Below are positions 52,502 to 64,000 of a stretch of DNA of 64,000 bases, piece by piece; within the stretch, counting starts at the first letter, position 1, and each line of letters begins with the position of its first letter. The stretch is from Octopus vulgaris (Eukaryota): assembly GCA_951406725.2 (NCBI GenBank), contig OX597819.1, forward strand, positions 81,096,001 to 81,160,000, read 5' to 3'. The notes under the pieces were generated by a model that saw nothing but the letters and a program-made list of their open reading frames with translations, had not been told where the DNA came from and ran no database searches. A program made the translations under genes and the position numbers.

Positions 52502-53849
52502 AGAAACAAACTCTATATAGAAGTGACTCTCTACTAGCTCTCAGTGGTGGCACACACTTATGGCCGGCCAGTTTCTGGTACAGACACCATTCACAACTAG
52601 ATTTACTCGACACGCAACAATCTAACAAACTGTTGAACACTTTAACTGGCATAAACATTTCTTTTCTGTCGTTGATCATAAGGGCAATTCATGATTTTGT
52701 TTTATGATTTATTCTTTTTATTCTTTTACTTGTTTCAGTCATTTGAGTACAGCCATGCTGGAGCGCCATCTCGATAAAAAAATACTTTTGTATAAAAAAT
52801 TTCGAACAGAATTTTTGCTCTTGTATCCATCTCTAAATTTAGTCAAATCATCACACTAATGACGACCAAGTAGAACTATTCTTATCGTTACAGGTAAAAC
52901 TACAGCTGCTCTGAGGTCCATTTTAACACAAGAAATTGAGTAAATGAATAAATAAATAAATATCAATCTCAGAGTAATGTTTTCTTATCATTTTTCTTTC
53001 TAGGCATGTGGTTATATAAAGATGTGTGTGGCCTGGCAAACAGAATATTTTACTAAACGTTTTTTTTTTTTGTCACTTATTTTACATGTAATGCTTCTGA
53101 CACCCGCATGCTTTAGATATTGCAGCTTCAGAGTAAAGCCTAGCTATGACAAACTCCCTAATTCTGGACTGCAGGTTACTAGTCCTACAGATTTTCTTGC
53201 AATTTTTTCTTTTGCTGAAGTGTATCATGCTTTTACGGAAGTGGATTGCTGGCTCAAGGTTAACAGTTTTTTGACATTTTTTTCAGTTACAGAAATCTGA
53301 GAAAACGTGTTGAAATAATAAATCTGTTAGGTATTCGGTTTAAGCTTATAGAAGAGGCCTATAAAACTACAAATAAAATATCTACCATACCTGGTTTTGT
53401 TTTTAATCATTTACTTTTTATTCTGCCGGTTTCGTTAAAAATATTGCAACTAATATATTGTAGTCGAAACAAACATACAGTAATAGGCTATATTTAGTCT
53501 CCCCTTTCAACATTAGTTTTGCTTGCTTTTGTGAACGAAATTGAGTAATAAACACAGTATAAGATATGAATATTTTGATTTACTATTTTTTTGTCATACG
53601 AAGTAATGATTTTTACGCACTTCTGAATATATTGTCAGTAAAAAGGGAAAACGATTCCAATTTCCTTTTGCATCGATTACGTTGTTGTTTGTTGATTGCA
53701 TGAAAAGAGTACGATTATAAATACAAGCGGTCGAAATGGGTTCTTCCGATGAGTCTCTGGAGTAACGTTACTCGATGTAGTTCATACTTTGGGGATCAAA
53801 GAGACTCTCAGGGCTGAGTTGCAACTGAGAGGTCACAGTTCCTATACTA

Positions 53850-54095
53850 CGGACATCCGGTTAGAATGTTGCATGAAAATACTACAGGGCAGATTATTCA
53901 AGCTGATCCAACTGGCGAAAGACCTATGGTAGACCACGAGTGAGTTGCTTGGATAATATCCATAGTTTCAGATGTTCACGTTTGGGAATCCAGCATGAAA
54001 GTTTAAGGACGGTTGCTTTTGATAGGAACTTATGGAGAAGATTCTTAAAGTCTCTATACCCACGATCTTCAGTAATTTTGGAAGAGATGGATGGA
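53850..54095 (+). pseudogene. 3' end of an RTE-type LINE
   Basis: IIQADPTGERP-GRPRVSCLDNIH...LRTVAFDRNLWRRFLKSL, followed by a short GATG repeat. Confidence 0.65.
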
Positions 54096-55288
54096 TTGTG
54101 TGAATTGTACATTGGAAAGTAATTGGAAAGTAATTGGAAAGCTTATATTTTACGTCTCTACGTTTCTCATTGGAAGGCTTATATTTTGCATCTTGACTGG
54201 GTCAGTTGAGACGAATTTGTTAGTTCCACATCATATTCTTCTCTTGACATCTAGAGAAAACAACAGGAGGATATCGGTTCGAGTACTAGACGAATATGCT
54301 AAGAATATTAGCGGGACTTTGTAAAGAGATTCTCAACTCATAAGCTCTATATGGCTTAAAGAAAGGTATCTGCATTACTTGCTCAACTACTGGACGTCAT
54401 ATAATGCGATGTTTTTATAGGTGTATTAACATATTTGATAATGCAAAACCTATTACACTGTATAACACGATTTTTGTCATCGGCTAGCAACTATTATTTC
54501 CTGTTTGCTTACCCCTAGAAAGTATGAAAAATGGTTAATATTTTCTTCAAACTTTGATCTTGTTACATTTATTCAAACCCCGCAGAACACCTCTGAACAT
54601 ATGGCTATGATGTCCCCCTACAACCTCTGTTCACGATCAGAGATGCACATATTGTCAGTCATTTAAGGGTATGCTCAAGTGGTGAAGGTCAAGCAACTGA
54701 CAAGCAAATCTATGGTATTAAACAGAATATTTGCTTTAACGATATTTCTGCTTCGGCAACTCAGCACTGAATCTGTCTGAAATGTAATGGAAAATAGTTT
54801 CAAAGCATTGATGTCCAGATCACAAAAGCAAAGTTTGAAGGGAATATGTAGGCATTTTCTTTGATTCATAGATAGAAGCAAATAGGAAATAAAACTTAAT
54901 GACCAAAGAAAAAAAATTGTCACAGTGTTATCATAGCAAAAAACATTTATGCACACTTACTATGAAATGTCCTTCTATTTCTTGTATTATATAAATGATA
55001 ACAAAACAAGTCATCTTTACTCGGACATTGAAAAACATGTTTGGTTCAGATTATGTAATGCTTAGATTTGTTCAACATTGAATAAAGTTAACATGTATCT
55101 ATTTGTAGTTTCCGTCTGTGGTAAATCTGAGATTATTCAAAGAACTATTTTTAGTTCTTACATAGTATTTGCACTTTTAAAGAAAATTATTGTCATGTAA
55201 ATACCTTTTAAGTGAATTATAATAATTTAATAATCAACAGATTTTATTAGGAATGCTTAATCTATTTTTCGCTTTCTTTTACCCTGTG

Positions 55289-55325
<37 letters not shown>

Positions 55326-56004
55326 TGTGTGTGTGCATGCGTCTAAACCTGCTTTTCACAAATTCAACATTTAAAAATAAATTCGATTAATTATTTAAAC
55401 TAATTATGATTTCGGCTAAATTTGTCTGTTAATTCTGGCGTCATCGAATATGCAGGGAATAAGATAAAATGATAAGAGTTTAAGGCTGAATAAAAAGAGA
55501 CAAATGAAATGGGAGAGAGATAAAGAGAGTGAGGGGGAAGAGAGAAACAGACAGAGGCAGAGAAAGGAAGAAAAAAAAGATGGAAAGAAAAAAGAAGGAA
55601 AGATGCGAGGAAAGAAAAGAGACGGGGTAAAAAGGACACGAGAAAGGTACAGGGGAAAGGTTATCTGCAATTAGAACATGCTTTCAAAAGGAGCAACCTG
55701 AAAACTGATGGTAGGCAAAAATGTTTGACTGCAATGTTACTTTAAATGAATCAAATTTTAAATCGGCATCACGGTTTTGAATCCATTAAATAGGTCAAGT
55801 TTGATTTACCGAATCGTTGGTCACCACATGGCACCAATGAAGTCATGAGTGAAATTCTTGCTAGCCCTTTCCTATAAATACAAACGCATCTAGATAAAAG
55901 TAAAAAAAAAAAAAACAAGTGGGGAAGGGAAAGTATTCGCGAGATAAGAACCCAGAGAGTTTGAAAGGTGTTTTTTTAAACCCCTAAAAAAAAAGTTAAA
56001 ATGA

Positions 56005-56102
56005 TGCTGACGATGATGATGATGACGATGAATGACGACGATGACGATGGCAGATGACACGGTTACGACGTCCATGATGATGATGATGACGACGACGACG
56101 AC

Positions 56103-56148
<46 letters not shown>
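56005..56148. repeat. (GAT)n/(GAC)n microsatellite
   Basis: Direct reading. Confidence 0.9.
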
Positions 56149-57412
56149 TAACAACAAGGGCGACTACAAACACAAGCACGATGATATAAATTTAAAATTA
56201 ATATCAATTATTCATGAAAATGCTTTTTAAAATATTTTGTTTGAAAAGTACTTCTAGATCTTTAAAGTTATTAAAAAAAAAATTTTTTTTGTTCTTTACT
56301 TGTTTCAATCATCGGACTGCGACCATGCTGGAGCACTGCTCTGAAGAGATTAGTCACACTAATCGATTCCAGTGCTGGTAATTATTTTATGGATCTCTTT
56401 CTCGAAATGCTAAGTTACTGGGACATAGACAAACCAATAACTGATGTCAAGCGGTCGTAACACACACGCACACGCACACACACGCACACACACGCACATT
56501 CTTTTTATTTTCCTGAACAAAAGGCCTTGGACGGTGAGAAAGGCAGCTGGCGTCGTTCCACCACCAGGCTGCCTCTTTTGACCGCCAGGTACCAGGTAGT
56601 GTATAAAAGTAGAATGAGGGAGATCGACGATGGGGCTTCCCTACCATTTGTCTAGTAGTACAGATCTTCCGCTTGGCCGAAATAACCCTCAAGCCGTTGG
56701 TCCAGGACTCCTCTGCCTTGTCGGTTATCCGATGTTCTGCGGCTGATGTATTTACCATGATTCTGGCACGGATGGCTAAAGGGTTAGCACTTGCCCAAGG
56801 TGCCATCCCATTCTACGGACGGAAGGAGCGACTTACTCTCCCTTTTACGGTCTGCCACTAAATGGGCATCACGACCAGCTTTTTTTTCTTTTTCATGATA
56901 AAAAATTGATGAAGAATTGAAAGGAATGCGACATCATGAAATGGTTTCTAATTTACACGGCAGGCCAACAGTTTTAATGTTAAGGCATTAAGTGATAGTA
57001 TCGACCCCAGACCTATCGCTCTTAAAAGAATGAAAGGCGAAGTGGGTCCTTGCGGGATTTGAACTTATAACATAAAAAACGAAAACAAATACTGTAAAGA
57101 TGTTTTTCTCCCGATGCTCTAACTATTTTGCAAAGAGGAGGTTTGCATGATTAGGTTTCAAATTCTGTTTATAATTTGATTTCGAATTCTGGCACATAGT
57201 CAGTAATTTGGGAGAAGGGGTTAAGTCGATAAAGTAGACCCCGGTATTCAACAGGTACTTATTATATCGACCATGAAAGGACGAAAGACAAAGTCAACCA
57301 TACCGGTATTTGAATTCAGAACGTAAAGTCAGAAGAAATGCCACAAAGCATTATTTTCGGCGCGTTAACGATTCTGCCAGCTGGCCGCCTTCAGTTAGTC
57401 TGTAAATTAATA

Positions 57413-57657
57413 TTCCTTCTCGAGCCATGCCAGGCTCATAAGGGCCAGTTCCCCGGTTTCAGTGGCGTAGAAATTCCCCACCTGTATGAGACGCCGGTCC
57501 GTCGCAGGATTAATCATTTTTGCCAGCTGTGTGAACTGGAGCAACGCGAAATGAAGTGTTTTGCTCAAGAACACAACGCATCGTCCGGTCCAGGAATCGA
57601 AACTGCAACCTTACGATCATGAGTTCAACACCCTAACCACTAAGCCACGCGCCTCCA
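57413..57657 (-). mobile_element. SINE family C with TSD
   Basis: Full unit. AGTCTGTAAATTA occurs at about 57397-57409 and 57659-57671. Confidence 0.85.
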
Positions 57658-58706
57658 CAGTCTGTAAATTAGATACAATTAAATTTAGCAATGTTAATGC
57701 TTTCAATCTTTTACGTTTCTAATGAAATCCAATATATTATAAATACATATATTTCGAAAATTAAGCATGTCAAACGAAGAACAACTTCACTTTAAAAGAA
57801 ATATAAAAAAAAACTACTCTTAGTGCTTTTGACTTTATCATACTTCCATATGCGTGCATGCAAAAAATAAACAAACAAACAAAAAACAAAAAGGATGTTT
57901 TCATATTAAGCATTAAGAAGAATATCACCCATTTCGGAAAATTTTCCTTGTAGTGCTTATAATAAATGGCATCCATTTCTTTTATACAAAGTGCTTATCT
58001 GTTCTTATCACGAGCGTAAGTACTAAATGATTTAGTGAGCCGCCATATTTGTTAAATGATTTATTTGGAAATACACTTATTTACATAGATATTATATTTG
58101 CTACTTAAAAAGAAAACATAAATATTATAAATATAAACACCTTCCACGCTACGATAAATATTATTTTCCAGGATTAATAGAATAGGTTTCAAACCTATAT
58201 GAAACTCGCAAAAGAATATAGGTAATGCCGTATTCCATCGATCTGATATTGTTTTGAGGTTAATTCACACTTAGTATGTCCAGTACGGCAAAGAAACAAA
58301 GCAAAAACAACAAAAATATAATGTTCGATGAAATTGATTTTATGTATTTGTGAATATACCTGCATACATATATGCGTGAGTGCGCATGTATGTGTGTATG
58401 TACGTGTGTGTGTATGTGTGTATACATATATATGTGTATATATTTTTTTAAAAATATAAATATATATATATATAAATAAAATATATATATATATATATAT
58501 TAGACAATAAAAGGCACACGCCCGCCTGCACACACACATGCACAGACACGCACATACACACATACGTATGAATATATGTGTATATGTTATGTGTGTTAAC
58601 CATTGCTTCACTTTTAACTCTATGAAACTCCATGTATATCCAACTTTCAATCAAGTTTTAGACATAATTGGTCTTCAGATTTTCGAATGTTTATTCGCGA
58701 TTAGAA

Positions 58707-58933
58707 TAAAACAGGAGATTCGGTCGAACTTTTTATTATAATATCGTATATTATAATTCTAATTTTGCTTTGCCTTCTAATCGACGTTGGTGATTAATGA
58801 TGGATTAAATTGCTATTTTCTTCGTCTATGTAACAATTAATGGACGACATAATAGTATATGGTAGTGAAATACGTGTAAAGGTTATACGGTTTATTAAAT
58901 TATAATAAAAAGTTAACCGAATCTCCTGTTTTA
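58707..58933. mobile_element. MITE-like element with about 35-bp inverted termini
   Basis: TAAAACAGGAGATTCGGTCGAACTTTTTATTATAAT / ATTATAATAAAAAGTTAACCGAATCTCCTGTTTTA. Confidence 0.65.
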
Positions 58934-58970
58934 CTCTGTACACACACATACGTATGCGCACACATGATTG

Positions 58971-59272
58971 TTCCTTCTCAAGCCATGCCTGGTTCATAAG
59001 GGCCGGTTTTCCGGTTTCCTTGGCGTATAGGTTCTCCACCTGGACGGGACGCCGGTCCGTCTGATGTGAGCTGCAAGATGCAGGAGGAAAGAGTGAGAGA
59101 AAGTTGTAACGAAAGAGTCAGCAGAAGTTCGCCATTACCTTCTGCCGGAGCCGCGTGGAACTTAGGTATTTCGCTCATAAACACACACACACATCGCCCT
59201 GCCTGAGATTCGAACCCGCGATCCCTCGACCAAGAGTCCGCTGCTCTTAACCACTAGGCCATGTGCCTCCAC
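58971..59272 (-). mobile_element. SINE family C variant with a different head and middle
   Basis: Shares the tail CCATGCCTGGTTCATAAGGGCCGGTTT and TGGACGGGACGCCGGTCC. Head GGAGGCACATGGCCTAGTGGTTAAG...GGTTCGAATC. Confidence 0.8.
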
Positions 59273-60371
59273 ATGCACACACATACACTTACACAATTAT
59301 ATATGCTTATACACACACACATACACACACGTCCAATACCAAGTCACTTGCGAGCTCTACCGGTAACATATAACCCAATACAGCCTATTGTATAGTCGGG
59401 TGACAGTGACAAAACTGGGGGACCCGCCGAACTTGTTTGGTGCGGAAAGTGATTTGCGGCACTCTTTAGGATAAAACATAAGACCTGTCAAAGAATGGTC
59501 ATCTACAAGTCTCTATTTATGCATGTGTATGCATTCGTGAATGTGCATGTGTGTTTGTGGAGGTGTACAGTTAGTGGAAGTTCGAATTTCATTTACATGA
59601 AGTTTGGAAGAAAAAAGTAACCTTCATCACAAGGCCTTCGAAGTTGCCGGCAACAAACCAAAGAGGGAGAGTACGGAAGACTGCAGCACGCTATCAAGTT
59701 AGTCTAGAAGCTGTGGTGCAAGGCTAACGTCTGTCATGATCGTCTGGGCCACACACCAAGTTAGATGGTGCTGTGAGGCACCGCCTAACCGGGCTTCTTT
59801 GGCCATGTTCGCATACTGCACGAGATTGCCATTTTTTCAATTTTTAGCATTCTTATGCAAGCTCCATTGTCTTGTCTAGTTTGCAACAAGGCATATCGTG
59901 TACGGTCATCGATTGAGTGTAATGGGTGCGCAGCACTTTCTCAATATATAAATATCTCGCGCTATTCTAAGAGGCAGCTGCTACGTCACAATCAAATTCG
60001 ACAAGTAGTCTCAGTCATCAGCCTCCAGCCATTTTTTCTACCGCGGAACGGTTTCAAGCAAGGCAATTTTTCCACTCACCAGGGGATCACGCGGATAGCA
60101 TAAAAACAATAAAGTGCATAATATATAATTTAATTATTACATATATAATGCATATATATTACATATACAATACTTATAAAAATGCAAAAACCCGCTACCG
60201 ATTGCGATAGTAAATAAAATGGAAATAAAATTTCAAAATCTATTTTTCTGTATGGCCTGGGTCCAAATGATCCACTGCCCGGTACTAGACCGCGGCCCAA
60301 TGACTGAGGTCCCCTGAGCTAAGCAACTTAATCGTTGCTACGATTGATTAAGCCACCCTCTTGTTACTTCT

Positions 60372-60765
60372 TATTTCTTTACTGCCCACAAGGGGCTAAA
60401 CATAGAGGGAACAAACAAGGACAGACAAACGGATTAAGTCGATTACATCGACCCCAGAGCGTAACTGGTACTTAATTTATCGACTCCGAAAGGATGAAAG
60501 GCAAAGTTGACCTCGGCGGAATTTGAACTCAGAACGTAGCGGCAGACAAAATACCTATTTCTTTACTACCCACAAGAGACTAAACACAGAGAGGACAAAC
60601 AAGGACCGACAAACGGATTAAGCTGATTATATCGACCCCAGTGCGTAACTGGTACTTATTTAATCGACCCCGAAATGATGAAAGGCAAAGTCGACGACCT
60701 CAGAGCGTAGTGGCAGACGAAATACCGCTAAGCATTTTCACCCGGCGGGCTAACGTTTCTGCCAG
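60372..60765 (-). mobile_element. SINE family A dimer with TSD
   Basis: CTCTTGTTACTTCT at 60358-60371 and 60766-60779 brackets both units. Confidence 0.85.
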
Positions 60766-60939
60766 CTCTTGTTACTTCTGGCTATTGAGAAGCTATGGGT
60801 AATTTATTACAAATTACAAGAAATCGCAATAACCTCATACATTACATGTGTTTGATGCTGTTTATATTTAACATATAACACTTATACACTATTAGGAATG
60901 TAGGGAATTAGGTCTGTTATCATTTATTTGATTTGGACT

Positions 60940-61270
60940 TTGGCCATGCTAGCACACTGCTTTGAAGGGTTTAGTCGAATTCAACTCCAGTACATATTTT
61001 AAGTCTGGTACCTATTCTAGCTAACGCTTTTTCCGAACCGCTATGATACGGAGACATAAACAGTCCAACACCGATTATCAAGCAGTGGTGAAGAACAAAC
61101 GCAAACTCAGACAAACGGGGACACACATGCTCCCTCTAACAAATCCACTCCTAAGATATTGAACCGCCCAGGACTACAACAGGAAACACTCGCCAGAGAT
61201 GCCGTGAAGTGGGACTGAACTCGAAAACAAGTGTCTACAAAGCGAGCTTCTTAACCACACACCCATACCT
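60940..61270 (-). mobile_element. SINE family B (old)
   Basis: GGCCATGCT..., CCGAACCGCTA, AAATCCACTC, GTGGGACTGAACTCG, CTTCTTAACCACAC. Confidence 0.7.
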
Positions 61271-61686
61271 ATAAAACCTGTAATATAATTTATTACAATA
61301 TAATACTATAATTTGTATGTATATAACCTATAATGCGACAAGGTTTTGCAGCTGGTCAGTCCACTCGTTTGTCAATGGCGATTTATTTAACAACTTTAAA
61401 TCAGGTGAGTTTTCAATGGTTTAGAGATCTCAATTAAACTGCAGCGGTATCTAAGTAAACAGTAAGTGTAAATTATTTGCTTGTCAGCGGGTAACATGAC
61501 CGGATTTTTGTGTCCTAATTTACTATACTCGTCTCTCCCTTTCCATCCATCTCTTTCTCTTTTCTCTCTGTAAATACACGCTGACACACATATACATACA
61601 CAGATATATAAGCTATACATACGTGTACATACATACGTACATACATACATGCAAGTATATAGATATATACATATGTGTGTGTGTAT

Positions 61687-61749
<63 letters not shown>

Positions 61750-61781
61750 TATATATATATATATATGTGTGTATATACACA

Positions 61782-61837
<56 letters not shown>

Positions 61838-61924
61838 GCTGAGAGCAGTAGTCCAGACGGCTGAGGACAAATGTCCTCCATAGGACCAGTATAGTTTTTT
61901 TGTCCCTTATTTACGATGGATGGA

Positions 61925-62112
61925 TGGATGTCCTCATCTTGTTTGTGGTTATCACAACATTTCGCCGGTTGTAGTCTCCAGCCTTCATCAGGTGTTCTGG
62001 TGGAATTTCGAACCCAACTTTTATCTCACTAATGGGGTACACAGTTCTCATTCCTAAGGTTCTCATTACTAAGGTATCCATAGTGGATAAGAGCGCGAGC
62101 TACTAGCCCTAA
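61925..62112. mobile_element. Third copy of the tRNA-head/hammerhead repeat, with an internal inversion
   Basis: Minus strand ACAC-CTGATGA-A-GGCTGG...CCGGC-GAAA-TG-TT-GTGA at 61952-61995. Plus-strand TAGTGGATAAGAGCGCGAGCTACTA (62081-62105) matches the tRNA-like head. Confidence 0.65.
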
Positions 62113-62573
62113 ACAGTCTTCGCCAGTGGATGACGGCAAACGAACAACCTTAACTTTAGAATTTTCCTCCCTCTATAAATTCAGCACATTAGCAAAGAAG
62201 CAGATTTTATTGCAAAATATAAACATCTTTTGAATGCTCCCACCACAGATGAAACTACTACAATAGTGTAGAACAATTCCAACCACTACTGCTGCGAGCA
62301 CAACAGTTCGCTTTTAGGTCATTTGACCATTGGAGAAGATTCCACGAACAATCTACTGTGTCACAATACTCGTGCATTTTTCTTTTCTTTTCTTTCCCCC
62401 TCTTCCTCTTCTTTCCCTACTCCTACTTCTCTCTTCATTCTTCTTCTTCTTCTTCTTCTTCTTCTTCTTCTCCACCTCCTCCCTCGGCTGCTCCTGCTTA
62501 AACTATCAATTCTCTGTACCCATAAAACTATTCCTTCAGATTTACTACTACCTACCTACCAAGCTTTCCCAAA

Positions 62574-62633
<60 letters not shown>

Positions 62634-63336
62634 ATTTGAAGACTATGGAAATATTTACAAAACATTTCACTTAATTTTTTTTCTCTAATTTAATTGTTTT
62701 TCTTATTTTAGTTGAAAAAATCTAAAAGACGGAAACGGGTACTAAAATGTACATCATGATAAAATATCTTATTTTTGCATTTTCTATTTTGTCTTATTTT
62801 CCTTATATGCATGTATGTGAACATGGACAAAGAAAAGTAAATCAAATACCATATTAAGATTATCTCAGCCTCTCTCTCTCTCACGCACACACACACTCTC
62901 TCTCTCTCTCTACACACACACTGATGCATAAATATAGGTATACACACATACGTATGTATATATATATATATATATATATATACACGTGTTTCATTTGTCT
63001 TTCCTCTCACTCTACTTTTTTTCATTATCCTCTTCTAATTCTTATTGTTCCACCTGTTTTATAAATTAACAGAAATCAAAAAGAACCTAATTTACCTTAA
63101 AGCATATTTTACATCGATAAGTTTCGATACTTGGGAAATGACATCTGCGATAGACTATTCTATTATTAATGGAAGCAAGACTTGTGTGTCATCCAGTTGA
63201 GGCGGTTATCGGAATTCCCCGTTGTCTTGGAAGTTTTTCTCAATGCACTTTCAACTAGCATAAAGAGGTACAGTAAATAAGAAAGCGAGATACAGGGATA
63301 ATGAACACAACTTTATAAGTTGTGAAATGCACAGTG

Positions 63337-63530
63337 AGAAGGCGCGTGACTTAGTGGTTAGGCTAATCAGCTCAAGGTCGTGAGTTCGATTCCTGGCGGC
63401 GCGTTCTGTTCTTGAGCAAGACGCTTTATTTCACGTTGCTCCAGACAACTAATCTGGTAAAAATCAGTAGTACCTGTCACATTCTGTCACGCTGAATCTC
63501 CCTGAGAGCTACGTTAAAGATACGCGTGTC
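63337..63530 (+). mobile_element. SINE family C-related copy
   Basis: GGCGCGTGACTTAGTGGTTAGG...GAGTTCGATTCC...TTCTTGAGCAAGAC. Confidence 0.7.
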
Positions 63531-64000
63531 TTATGTATAACTACATATCGTTATTTCAGATTCATCAAAATATTTGTAGTAGAGTAAGAAAAGTTGACTT
63601 ATGACAAATCAGTGAAGGAAGCTTCACGTTGTGTCTCCTCGAGCAACTAGAAATATGAGCCAAATTTCCATCAAATTATACAAGCTACATAGAACTTTAA
63701 TACTGAAAGACTTCTCCATGGATAAATAACGTTAACCGTACATTTTTGCATCAATTTAACTAAAATTAACCAATGATAAACTCTCTGGGTAAGTTGCTTA
63801 CGGTTCAATGATACGCGCATCAAATTTAACTAAAGCTTAAAAAAGCGAACTCTGTAAAGAATCAATACCAGGTGACTTATTTCATAAACAGGTCTTCTAA
63901 TAAAGATTTTTAATATCTTTAGGGTAACATTTCCGCATTTTCAATACCACTCATTTGGTTGCAGCTTGCAGTGTTAGAATTTCAACGTAAATATTTCAGC

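Noticed and set aside
53738-53810. CCGATGA-GTCTC...GAGAC hairpin as a hammerhead
   Set aside because: No GAAA after the stem and no helix I or III.
56447-56861. 119-aa ORF in a GC-richer patch
   Set aside because: No recognisable domain. It overlaps SINE and microsatellite sequence and is probably another repeat fragment.
59330-60316. Possible hAT element ending GACCGCGGCCCAATGACTGAGGTCCCCTG
   Set aside because: Only one plausible terminus, with no matching TIR, TSD or transposase that I could read.

Overview
Eukaryotic, AT-rich, repeat-saturated non-coding DNA. The SINE repertoire and microsatellite density look like an octopus/cephalopod genome (recognition, not a database result). No host exon could be supported, and most ORFs in the track are microsatellite translations. 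Recognisable mobile DNA: three tRNA-derived SINE families (dozens of copies), RTE and CR1-type LINE remnants, an ORF1-only zinc-knuckle retroelement, a 5'-truncated R4/Dong-type LINE inserted in (TAA)n, a full-length decayed mariner, a Helitron with Pif1 helicase plus two non-autonomous Helitrons, and MITEs. The main unexplained signal is about 15 type I hammerhead-ribozyme motifs in about 7 otherwise unalignable short repeat families. These families mostly sit in microsatellites and occur as monomer-plus-overlap units, tandem units or head-to-head inversions. Several share a 16-nt motif (TTGRCTGCTATTTCTA) downstream of the ribozyme. One family joins a Penelope-like ORF end, a tRNA-like Pol III head and a hammerhead. 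Together this points to a diverse Penelope-LTR/retrozyme-type system of self-cleaving RNAs. Coordinates were read by hand and repeat boundaries are approximate.
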